A DNA stretch of 32,000 bases from Cereibacter sphaeroides 2.4.1. Its GTDB lineage: Bacteria > Pseudomonadota > Alphaproteobacteria > Rhodobacterales > Rhodobacteraceae. Made by a program: the position numbers and the translations under genes. The stretch lies in assembly GCF_000012905.2 (NCBI RefSeq), contig NC_007493.2, positions 2,070,001-2,102,000 on the forward strand, given 5' to 3'. Below, piece by piece: positions 19,983 to 27,707 of this stretch. Numbering within the stretch: position 1 is the stretch's first letter; each line of letters opens with the position of its first letter. The notes below the pieces were generated by a model. It was not told the DNA's origin, made no database searches, and was given only the letters and a program-made list of their open reading frames with translations.

Positions 19983-20771
19983 TCAGTCTCCCAGATCGGC
20001 GAAGATGTTGCGGGCGCGGTCCATGTCGATGGATCCTTCCTCGGCCTGCCCCGACTGCAGGTCGCGCAGGCTCACCCGCCCGTCGCCATGGCCGACCACG
20101 ACCGTATCGCAGATGTCGATGAAGAGGCCGTTTTCCACGACGCCCGCGATCTGGTTCAGCGCCAGCGCGAGCGGACGCGGCTCGCCGATGCGCTTGAGAT
20201 GCAGATCGAGGATGTAGTTCTTCTCGTCGGTCAGAAGCGGCGCATCGCCGGAGAGGCGCAGCGTCACCTCGCGGCCCAGCACATCCATGCCCTCGAGCGT
20301 TTCCTCGATCAGCATCTTCGTGCTCTGCCAGCCGAAGGGGATGACCTCGACCGGCAGCGGAAAGGCGCCCAGATGCGCCACTTCCTTGGCGGCATCGGCG
20401 ATCACCACCATCCGGTCCGAGGCGGTCGCCACGATCTTCTCCTGCAGCAGAGCGGCCCCTCCGCCCTTGATGAGATTGAAGTCGGCGTCGAATTCGTCCG
20501 CCCCGTCGATGGTCAGGTCGAGCCACTTCGCCTCGTCCAGCGTCACCACCTGGATGCCCAGAGCGCGGGCGAGCTCGGCCGTGCGGGTCGAGGTCGGGAC
20601 GCCCTGAACCCGCAGCCCCTCCTCGCGCACGCGCTCGGCCAGGCAGCGCACCATCCAGGCGGCGGTCGAGCCGGTGCCGAGGCCCAGCTTCATGCCGTCC
20701 TGCACGAGATCCACCGCGCGGCGTGCGGCGGCGAATTTGGCGGTGTCGATCGGGGATAGTTCTGCAGGCAT
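19983..20771 (-). CDS. rpiA: Ribose-5-phosphate isomerase A
   Basis: 262 aa from ATG 20771 (MPAELSPID), with GGAGA upstream. Motifs LGLGTGST, IDGADEFD and LIKGGGAALLQEK. The stop lies 4 nt before the gor GTG. The track ORF extension to 20909 is unsupported. Confidence 0.9.
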   Translation of the reverse strand: MPAELSPIDTAKFAAARRAVDLVQDGMKLGLGTGSTAAWMVRCLAERVREEGLRVQGVPTSTRTAELARALGIQVVTLDEAKWLDLTIDGADEFDADFNLIKGGGAALLQEKIVATASDRMVVIADAAKEVAHLGAFPLPVEVIPFGWQSTKMLIEETLEGMDVLGREVTLRLSGDAPLLTDEKNYILDLHLKRIGEPRPLALALNQIAGVVENGLFIDICDTVVVGHGDGRVSLRDLQSGQAEEGSIDMDRARNIFADLGD

Positions 20772-21342
20772 CCTGGGTCTCCGCTGGGGCGCATCCCGGT
20801 TATAGGGACGAAGTGCTGGCCGTGCGAGCGGAAAGCGGCAGCTTTCCGGGCTGAGGAGCCACGGCCACAGTTGAAGAAATTCGAAATCCGGCGCATCCTG
20901 AACGCACATTTACGCGTTCCATTCGAGCCATCTGCTGGTCCTTCTTCCTTCTGTTGTTTCCGGGATCCTTGCCATGACCGCTCCCCGCCCGACGAACCCT
21001 TCCCCTCCGGCCCATGACCGACGCGCCGACGCAGGTCCTGCCGAGGTCCTGCTCTGCGAAGCCGCCTGTCAGGCCATCGTGGATTGCCTGCGCGGAGAGG
21101 GCGCGCTTGCGCCCCTGCCGCGGACCTGCCGCCCGCACTGAGCCGCGCGACCGGAGGCCGGAGAGCCGCCACCGCGGGGCCCGGCGGCAGGCCCCTCTCC
21201 CGCCGGGACCGTGGGCGGCGACCGCTTCGCGCGGAGGTTCCCCGGGACATCGCCGGAACGCCTTATCTGCGCGGGCGCCCTGCCCCTTTCTTCCTGAAGA
21301 CAGCAGCGCATGGCCCGGCTTTCTCGTCCGCCCGCGAGGTGG

Positions 21343-21372
21343 ATGGCGCGAAAGGCGGCGCCATGTCGTTTT
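21343..21372 (+). terminator. Terminator-like hairpin plus T-tract inside the sdaA upstream region (possible attenuator, or the end of an upstream transcript)
   Basis: ATGGCGC (21343-21349), loop GAAAGGCG, GCGCCAT (21358-21364), then GTCGTTTT (to 21372). Ends about 62 nt before the sdaA ATG. Confidence 0.3.
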
Positions 21373-21434
21373 CCGCCATGTCCGCGGCGGCCTGTCGCAC
21401 CTATCTAGGAAGAACCGCTGATCGAGGTCCTCGC

Positions 21435-22814
21435 ATGTTCCTGTCCGTCTTCGACATCTTCAAGGTGGGCGTCGGCCCCTCCTCGTCGCACACGATGGGA
21501 CCGATGGTGGCCGCGGGCCGCTTCCTCGACCGGCTCCGGGCAAGCCCGTTCCATGCGCACGGGCTGCGGGCCTCGCTGCACGGCAGCCTCGCCTTCACCG
21601 GCGTGGGCCATGCGACCGACCGGGCGACGATCCTGGGCCTCGCGGGGTTCGAGCCCGGCAGCTACGATGCGGAGCGCGCCGAGGAGGTGCTGGCCGCGAT
21701 CCGCGCCACCGGCCGGATCGAGGCGCCGGGCCTCGGGCCGCTCCAGTTCGACCCCGAGAAGGATCTGGTCTTCGACTACGGTCATGCCCTGCCGGGCCAT
21801 GCCAACGGGATGCGCATTCAGGCGACCGACGCACAGGGCGACGTGCTGCTGTCGGAGGTCTATTATTCCGTGGGCGGTGGCTTCGTCCTGACCGAGGCAG
21901 AGCTTGCGGAATCGAAATCCGACCGCCCCGCCGCCGGTCCCGCCGTCCCCTTCCCCTTCGAGAGTGCGCACCAGATGCTCGGGATGGCCGAGGCCTCGGG
22001 CCTGTCCATCGCGGCGATGAAGCGCGCCAACGAACTCGCGGTCCGCAGCGCGCCCGAGCTCGACCGCGGGCTGAAGCGGATCTGGCAGGTGATGAACGAC
22101 TGCATCGAGCGCGGCATGGAGACCGGCGGCACGCTGCCGGGCGGCCTGCATGTCCGCCGCCGCGCCAAGGGCATCCGCGAGGCGCTGCTGGCCGAACGCG
22201 GGCTGAACATGACCGCGCCGCACACGATCAACGACTGGATGAGCCTCTATGCCATGGCGGTGAACGAGGAGAATGCCGCCGGCGGTCAGGTGGTCACAGC
22301 CCCGACCAACGGCGCGGCGGGCGTGGTGCCCGCCGTCATCCGCTACTGGCTCGATCATGTTCCGGGGGCGAGCCCCGCGAAGCTCGGGGATTTCCTCCTG
22401 ACGGCCGCGGCCATCGGCGGGCTCGTCAAGCACAATGCCTCGATCTCGGGGGCCGAATGCGGCTGTCAGGCCGAGGTGGGCTCGGCGGCGGCGATGGGCG
22501 CGGCGGGGCTTGCGGCGGTGCTCGGCGGCACGCCCGCTCAGGTCGAGAATGCGGCCGAGATCGCGCTGGAGCATCACCTCGGCATGACCTGCGACCCCGT
22601 GCGCGGCCTCGTGCAGGTGCCCTGCATCGAGCGCAACGGGCTCGGCGCGATCAAGGCCGTGTCGGCGGCGAGCCTCGCGCTCCGCGGCGACGGCGAGCAT
22701 CTGGTGAGCCTCGACGTCTGTATCGAGACGATGCGCCAGACCGGCCGCGACATGAACGACAAATACAAGGAGACCTCGCTCGGCGGCCTCGCGGTGAATG
22801 TCCCGAACTGCTGA
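21435..22814 (+). CDS. sdaA: L-serine ammonia-lyase (iron-sulfur dependent, single chain)
   Basis: 459 aa from ATG 21435 ([24 protein letters not shown], collinear with the E. coli SdaA N-terminus), with GAGGT upstream. C-terminal cluster region [16 protein letters not shown]. Confidence 0.9.
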   Translation: MFLSVFDIFKVGVGPSSSHTMGPMVAAGRFLDRLRASPFHAHGLRASLHGSLAFTGVGHATDRATILGLAGFEPGSYDAERAEEVLAAIRATGRIEAPGLGPLQFDPEKDLVFDYGHALPGHANGMRIQATDAQGDVLLSEVYYSVGGGFVLTEAELAESKSDRPAAGPAVPFPFESAHQMLGMAEASGLSIAAMKRANELAVRSAPELDRGLKRIWQVMNDCIERGMETGGTLPGGLHVRRRAKGIREALLAERGLNMTAPHTINDWMSLYAMAVNEENAAGGQVVTAPTNGAAGVVPAVIRYWLDHVPGASPAKLGDFLLTAAAIGGLVKHNASISGAECGCQAEVGSAAAMGAAGLAAVLGGTPAQVENAAEIALEHHLGMTCDPVRGLVQVPCIERNGLGAIKAVSAASLALRGDGEHLVSLDVCIETMRQTGRDMNDKYKETSLGGLAVNVPNC

Positions 22815-23076
22815 CGACGATGCGGGTGCGATGATCTCCTCCTCCGCCCTGCGGCATGACCATGCGCCGCGGAGCCCGGTGCGGAGGCGCTCTTGGCCGC
22901 GGCGCTCGACCGACAGGCCCCTCCCGCCTCGGACCGGTGGAGCTTCCTCGGTCGAGGGATGGGAGCGGACTCCTCACGGTCGACTGGCTCGCTGGTCCTG
23001 TCCGCCGGGTGGCGGGACTGGAAGGGGCCGCCCCCGGCCGGAAAGCCCGCGTTCGGAAGCGCGTTCACGGCTTCCT

Positions 23077-23103
23077 CCCGCCGGCCCATGGCCGCCGGGT
23101 TTT
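23077..23103 (+). terminator. Rho-independent terminator-like hairpin with a T-tract, about 265 nt downstream of sdaA
   Basis: CCCGCCGGCC (23077-23086), loop CAT, GGCCGCCGGG (23090-23099; one internal mismatch), followed by TTTT (23100-23103) and a second TTTT at 23110-23113. Confidence 0.45.
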
Positions 23104-23183
23104 CCCGCCTTTTCCGCACCTTCCGCCCGGATCCTGCCGCGAGGCCTCTGGACGGACGTCCCGGGTCAGGCTAGGCCGGATCC

Positions 23184-24107
23184 ATGACAGCCTCCTCTGA
23201 CCGCATCCTGCCCGGCGTCGCGCTGATGATCGCCTTCTGCGTCCTCGCGCCGCTGCTCGACGTCTGCGCGAAGCTCGCCTCCGCCACGATCCCCGTGGGC
23301 CAGATCACCGGCGCGCGCTTCCTCGTGCAGGCGGCACTGATGCTGCCGGTGGTGGCGCTGATGGGCACGGGCTGGCGGATGAGCCGCCGCATGGCCGGGC
23401 TCGTGGCGCTGCGGGCGATTTTTCTGATCCTGTCGACCTACAGTTTCGTCGCGGCCGTCACGGTGATGCCCATCGCCGACGCGCTGGCCATCGCCTTCGT
23501 CGAGCCCTTCATCCTGCTCATTCTGGGCCGGATCCTCTTCGGCGACGAGGTGGGCCCCCGCCGGATCGCGGCGAGCATCGTGGGCTTCGGCGGCGCGCTT
23601 CTGGTGATCCAGCCCTCGCTCGTGGCCTTCGGCCTCGTGGCGCTCTGGCCGCTCGGGACGGCGGTCTTCTTCGCCTTCTACATGCTGGTTACGCGGCAGA
23701 TGTCGCGGGGGATGCATCCGGTGAGCATGCAGTTCCACACCGCGCTGGCGGGCGTCCTCCTGCTCGTGCCGGTCATGGCCTGGGGCCATGCGGCAGGCGT
23801 GCCCTCCCTCACCCTCGTCCGCCCCGACGGCATGGGCTGGGCGCTTCTCTTCGGCGTGGGCTTCTGGGCCGCGGCCAGCCACATGTGCATGACCTATGCG
23901 CTGAAATTCGCCCCGTCGGCCACGCTCGCGCCGCTCCACTATTGCGAGATCGTGGCCGCGGTGGGGCTCGGCTACCTCGTGTTCGGCGATTTCCCGAACT
24001 TGCTCACCTGGGCAGGCATCGGCACCATCGCGGCCTCGGGCCTCTACATCATTCACCGCGAGCGGCTGTCCGCCCGCGTCCTGCCCACCCCGGCACCAGC
24101 CCCCTGA
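23184..24107 (+). CDS. DMT-superfamily (EamA-like) transporter
   Basis: 307 aa, about ten hydrophobic helices arranged as two EamA-type repeats. Confidence 0.8.
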   Translation: MTASSDRILPGVALMIAFCVLAPLLDVCAKLASATIPVGQITGARFLVQAALMLPVVALMGTGWRMSRRMAGLVALRAIFLILSTYSFVAAVTVMPIADALAIAFVEPFILLILGRILFGDEVGPRRIAASIVGFGGALLVIQPSLVAFGLVALWPLGTAVFFAFYMLVTRQMSRGMHPVSMQFHTALAGVLLLVPVMAWGHAAGVPSLTLVRPDGMGWALLFGVGFWAAASHMCMTYALKFAPSATLAPLHYCEIVAAVGLGYLVFGDFPNLLTWAGIGTIAASGLYIIHRERLSARVLPTPAPAP

Positions 24108-24747
24108 GGGCCGCATCGAGCCGCGCGCGCGGCAGGATCACCAGCATCCCCGGCCTGTCGAAGGCCAGCCGCACCTCGGGCGAGGAGACGATGTTCGAGG
24201 TGCCGATCCGCCCGCCGGGCGCGAAGGGGATCTCGTCGATGGGCCAGCGCAGGCCCCGGCTCGTGCCCCGAAGGGGCGCCATCGGAAAGAGCGAGAACCG
24301 CTCGCCTTCGCGCATCCGCAGCCGAAGCTCGGGCGGCGCGTGAAAGACCACATCCTCGGGGCCGACGAGCAGACAGGTGACATCGGGGCGCTGCACGAGC
24401 CCGTTCATCACCGCCAGCCCGTGATCGATGCGCGCCCCCGCCACCCCCAGCGCCAGCACGAAGGGCGCGCGGATGTTGCGCAGGCACTTGTCGAAGTCGG
24501 TGGACTCCTGCTCGGCCAGATGATGCACGCGCCCCGCAAGGGTCGCGCGCCCCTCGGACGAGAGCGAATCCATGTCGCCGATCACCGCGCGCGGCATGTG
24601 CCCGAGGCGGAGCGCCGTGTCGCCGCCTCCGTCCGCCGCCACCAGATGCGGCGCCCGTGCGAGAGCCAGCGCCAGATCCCGGCGCGTGACCGGTCCGCCC
24701 GCCACCAGCGTGACGCCCTCCGTCGATTCCACAATAGGCTCGGTCAT
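24049..24747 (-). CDS. Thiamine pyrophosphokinase
   Basis: 232 aa from ATG 24747 (MTEPIVESTEG). Motifs LVAADGG, VIGDMDS, STDFDKCL and GARIDHGL are typical of TPK. The upstream TTG extension to 24789 uses rare ATA/ACT/AGT codons. The 3' end overlaps the convergent DMT gene by 59 nt. Confidence 0.8.
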   Translation of the reverse strand: MTEPIVESTEGVTLVAGGPVTRRDLALALARAPHLVAADGGGDTALRLGHMPRAVIGDMDSLSSEGRATLAGRVHHLAEQESTDFDKCLRNIRAPFVLALGVAGARIDHGLAVMNGLVQRPDVTCLLVGPEDVVFHAPPELRLRMREGERFSLFPMAPLRGTSRGLRWPIDEIPFAPGGRIGTSNIVSSPEVRLAFDRPGMLVILPRARLDAALRGLVPGWAGRGRTAARGE

Positions 24748-24888
24748 CGTCACACTGTATATTCGGGCCTGTGGAGTTATGCCCGGCAAGAGCCATAATC
24801 AATCCTTCGATTCACCTGATTTCCGCGGTCGAATGGCCAGTGGCAGAGTCGGCCCCGAAGAGAAGCCGCAAGGGAGCGCGCATATCCG

Positions 24889-25776
24889 ATGAGCGGGGAC
24901 AGCAAGACCCTCACCCTGAGCTACGCGGGCTTTACCTGTGCGCTCGAGGGGTTCGCGGACCCCTTCTCTCTGGCCGGTCCGATTGCCGCGCATTTCCGCG
25001 AGGCCGAGGCGCGGGGATCGGCTCCTGAAGCGGCCGTGATCCAGCGGATCGCCGAAGGCGCCGTCCTCGTCGCGGCGGATGCCGCCGGCGTGACCCTCCG
25101 GGCCGCCACCGCCTGCGCACCCGAAGCGGCGGCGAGTGTCGCGGCGCGGCTCATGCGTCTGCGCGCGGCGATGGAGGCCGCGCGTCAGCCCGCGGCGCCA
25201 CAGCCGATGTCGGTCCCCGCCCACCGGGAAGCGGCCGCGGAAGAGGCCGTCCGTGCCTTCGTGGCGGCGGAACGGGCCGAGCAGGCGCAGACGGAGGCCT
25301 GTGAGCGGGCCCGGACGCTGGAGCGGGCCCGCTCGCGCATCGGCCGGCTGAAGGCCGAACCCGATCCGCTGCTTCTCGAAGAGCTGGCGCGCATCGAACA
25401 GGATCTCGCCACGCCCTGTCCCGCCCATGATGCCGGTCGACAACTGGCCGAGGCGACGGGCGAGGATGCCGTGGAGCGCATTCTCGACAAGACGCGCAGC
25501 CAGATGGGCGCCCCCGAGAGCCGCCGGAGGATCTCGGCCCTGTCGCATCTGAAGGCGGCGGTGGCGGCGACCGTGGCCGAGCGCCTGTCGGGCGGACCGC
25601 CCGAGGATGAGGGGAACCGGCTCGGCGCCTATCGCGACGATCTCGCCCGCGTGGTGCGCCCCGGAGGCGCGGATGGGCATCCGCCGCCGCTGCTTCTGGG
25701 CCTCGGCGAGCGGGTGGATCCGGCGGACGCCGGCGACGAAGGCACGGCGCCGGCCGGGACCTCGCCGCGCCCCTGA
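24889..25776 (+). CDS. Hypothetical protein (295 aa), Ala/Glu/Arg-rich, no family recognised
   Basis: ATG 24889, with AAGGGAG upstream at a long spacing. Strong G/C third-position bias in this frame. The opposite-strand 293-aa ORF is Arg/Gly-rich shadow. Confidence 0.6.
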   Translation: MSGDSKTLTLSYAGFTCALEGFADPFSLAGPIAAHFREAEARGSAPEAAVIQRIAEGAVLVAADAAGVTLRAATACAPEAAASVAARLMRLRAAMEAARQPAAPQPMSVPAHREAAAEEAVRAFVAAERAEQAQTEACERARTLERARSRIGRLKAEPDPLLLEELARIEQDLATPCPAHDAGRQLAEATGEDAVERILDKTRSQMGAPESRRRISALSHLKAAVAATVAERLSGGPPEDEGNRLGAYRDDLARVVRPGGADGHPPPLLLGLGERVDPADAGDEGTAPAGTSPRP

Positions 25777-25782
25777 CCGGGC

Positions 25783-26025
25783 TCAGTCCGGCTTCTGCTC
25801 GTCCTGCGGCTTGGCATCTGGGTCCGGCTGCCCCACGCCGATGAAGATCGGCTTCAGGGGCAGGATCCAGACGATGCCGAGGGCCACATAGATCACCAGC
25901 TCCAGCCAGAACGTCGGCCGGTCGAAGAGGCCCACCAGCGTCACCGCCGCCACGATATAGAGCGGCATCCCCACCACGAGGACCAGCAGCGACAGGCGGC
26001 GGCGTGTCTTGTAGCTCAGGGCCAT
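25783..26025 (-). CDS. DUF2842-like small membrane protein
   Basis: 80 aa. Two TM helices with the pattern MxxxxRRRLSLLVLVVGMPLYIVAAVTLV...LELVIYVALGIVWILPLKPIF, recalled from alphaproteobacterial DUF2842 proteins. GAGGAGGG ribosome-binding site. Confidence 0.7.
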   Translation of the reverse strand: MALSYKTRRRLSLLVLVVGMPLYIVAAVTLVGLFDRPTFWLELVIYVALGIVWILPLKPIFIGVGQPDPDAKPQDEQKPD

Positions 26026-26075
26026 CGGACCCTCCTCGGATCGGGGGACGACAGCCGTCCCGACAGGAAGCGACA

Positions 26076-26095
26076 GCCGCCCCGTGCGGGGCGGC
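26076..26095 (-). terminator. GC hairpin just downstream of the purA stop
   Basis: GCCGCCCC (26076-26083), loop GTGC, GGGGCGGC (26088-26095). Lies 10 nt beyond the purA stop codon on the minus strand. Only a weak U-rich tail. Confidence 0.4.
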
Positions 26096-26104
26096 CGGGC
26101 CGGA

Positions 26105-27397
26105 TCAGTCCTCGAACGGGTCGGTGACGAGGATCGTGTCGTCGCGCTCGGGCGAAGTCGAAAGCAGCGCGACCGGGCACTGGATCAGCTCCTCGATGCG
26201 GCGGACGTATTTCACCGCGGCGCCGGGCAGATCGGCCCAGCTCCGCGCGCCGGCGGTGCTCTCGGACCAGCCCTCGAGCTCTTCGAAGATGGGCGTGCAG
26301 CGCGCCTGCTGGTCGGCCGCGATCGGCAGGTGATCCAGCCGCTCGCCGTCGAGCTCGTAGCCCACGCAGATCTTCAGCGTCTCGAACCCGTCGAGCACGT
26401 CGAGCTTGGTGAGCGCGATGCCCGAAACGCCCGAGGTGGCGCAGGTCTGCCGCACGAGGACCGCGTCGAACCAGCCGCAGCGGCGCTTGCGCCCCGTCAC
26501 GGTGCCGAACTCGCGGCCGCGCTCGCCCAGACGCTCGCCGTCGGCATCCTGAAGCTCGGCCGGGAACGGTCCCTCGCCCACACGGGTGGTGTAGGCCTTG
26601 ACGATGCCCAGCACGAAGCCGATGGCGCCCGGCCCGATGCCGGTGCCGGTGGCGGCCTGCCCCGCAATGACGTTCGAGGAGGTCACATAGGGATAGGTGC
26701 CGAAGTCGATGTCGAGGAGCGCCCCCTGCGCCCCTTCGAACAGGATGCGCTTCCCGGCCTTGCGCATCTCGTTCATCACCTTCCAGACGGGCTTGGCGTA
26801 GGGCAGCACCTGCGGCGCGATCTCGCGCAGCTGGGCCAGCAGCGCCTCGCGGTCGACGGGCTCGATCCCGAGGCCGCGGCGCAGCGCATCGTGATGGACC
26901 ATCAGCCGGTCGACGCGGAGCGCGAGCGTCGCTTCGTCGGCGAGGTCGGCCACGCGGATCGCGCGGCGACCCACCTTGTCTTCATAGGCCGGGCCGATGC
27001 CGCGGCCCGTGGTGCCGATCTTGGCCACCGAATTCTGCGACTCGCGCGCGCGGTCGAGCTCGCCGTGCAGCGGCAGGATCAGCACCGCATTCTCGGCGAT
27101 CATCAGGCTCTGGGGCGAGATCTCGACGCCGTCGGCGCGCAGCTTGGCGATCTCCTGAACCAGATGCCACGGATCGAGCACGACCCCGTTGCCGATCACC
27201 GACAGCTTGCCCGGCCGCACGATCCCCGAGGGCAGCAGCGAGAGCTTGTAGACCTTGCCGTCGATCACCAGCGTATGGCCCGCATTGTGCCCGCCCTGGA
27301 AACGCGCGATCACGTCGGCCCGCTCCGAGAGCCAGTCCACGATCTTGCCCTTCCCCTCGTCGCCCCACTGGGCGCCCACGACGACGACGTTGGCCAT
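26105..27397 (-). CDS. purA: Adenylosuccinate synthase
   Basis: 430 aa from ATG 27397 ([21 protein letters not shown]), with AAGGAA upstream. Motifs GGHNAGHT and [11 protein letters not shown]. The track ORF extension to 27658 is Arg/Pro-rich and unsupported. Confidence 0.95.
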   Translation of the reverse strand: MANVVVVGAQWGDEGKGKIVDWLSERADVIARFQGGHNAGHTLVIDGKVYKLSLLPSGIVRPGKLSVIGNGVVLDPWHLVQEIAKLRADGVEISPQSLMIAENAVLILPLHGELDRARESQNSVAKIGTTGRGIGPAYEDKVGRRAIRVADLADEATLALRVDRLMVHHDALRRGLGIEPVDREALLAQLREIAPQVLPYAKPVWKVMNEMRKAGKRILFEGAQGALLDIDFGTYPYVTSSNVIAGQAATGTGIGPGAIGFVLGIVKAYTTRVGEGPFPAELQDADGERLGERGREFGTVTGRKRRCGWFDAVLVRQTCATSGVSGIALTKLDVLDGFETLKICVGYELDGERLDHLPIAADQQARCTPIFEELEGWSESTAGARSWADLPGAAVKYVRRIEELIQCPVALLSTSPERDDTILVTDPFED

Positions 27398-27648
27398 GTC
27401 CGTTCCTTGCTGATGAAAAAAGACCCGCGCTCTATATCCTTCCACCGGGCGGGACGGAACCGCAAATCGATCCCGGGGACGGTCCGCCGCAAGCGGGCGC
27501 GACCTGCGACCGCATCTGCCGCGCCGCGGGGGGCGGCGACCCGGGCGCAGGGCTCTTCTTCTCGATCCGGCAAGAAAGGGCTGGGCTCGGCACGATCTGC
27601 GCCGGCCGGGGGCGGGCCGGCGCTGCCGCCGGTGCGGCCTTGAAGGGC

Positions 27649-27677
27649 TTGCGGCCACGGACGCATGGGCCTAGATA
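27649..27677 (+). promoter_or_regulatory. Sigma70-like promoter TTGCGG-N17-TAGATA upstream of secG
   Basis: TTGCGG at 27649-27654, a 17-nt spacer, then TAGATA at 27672-27677. Lies about 30 nt before the secG ATG. Confidence 0.35.
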
Positions 27678-27707
27678 GGCGCGTCAGCATCTGAAGGCCC
27701 CCTCCGC

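Noticed and set aside
20880-20900. tRNA T-arm-like string (AAATTCGAAATCC).
   Set aside because: No acceptor, D or anticodon stems can be drawn around it. It is not a tRNA.
20910-20929. Possible LexA box in the rpiA-sdaA spacer (GAACGC-N8-GCGTTC).
   Set aside because: It is an inverted repeat, not the GTTC-N7-GTTC direct repeat. The GAAC/GTTC spacing does not fit the alphaproteobacterial SOS operator. I kept it only as an unassigned palindrome within the spacer finding.
21160-21211. Glycine-riboswitch-like string upstream of sdaA: GGAGAG...CACCG.GGGGC...CTCTCC..GGGACCG.
   Set aside because: It only superficially resembles the GGAGAG / CACCGAAGGGGCAA / CUCUCAGGCAAAAGGAC core. The spacing is wrong, with no P2 hairpin and a shortened junction. 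The GGGGC is consumed in a simple GGGGCC/GGCCCC hairpin, and there is no second aptamer. It needs an Infernal scan before any claim, so I folded it into the general finding on this spacer.
23051-23066. Possible LexA box GTTC-GGAAGCGC-GTTC downstream of sdaA.
   Set aside because: The spacer is 8 nt rather than 7, and no promoter or SOS-type gene is adjacent. I noted it only as a GCGTTC direct repeat.
24745-24800. Possible leaderless thiamine pyrophosphokinase mRNA: a TATACA/AATATA -10-like element 8-10 nt upstream of the ATG, with no Shine-Dalgarno sequence.
   Set aside because: The best -35 candidate (TTGCCG) is 19-22 nt away, so the promoter match is poor. I left it as a remark rather than a feature.
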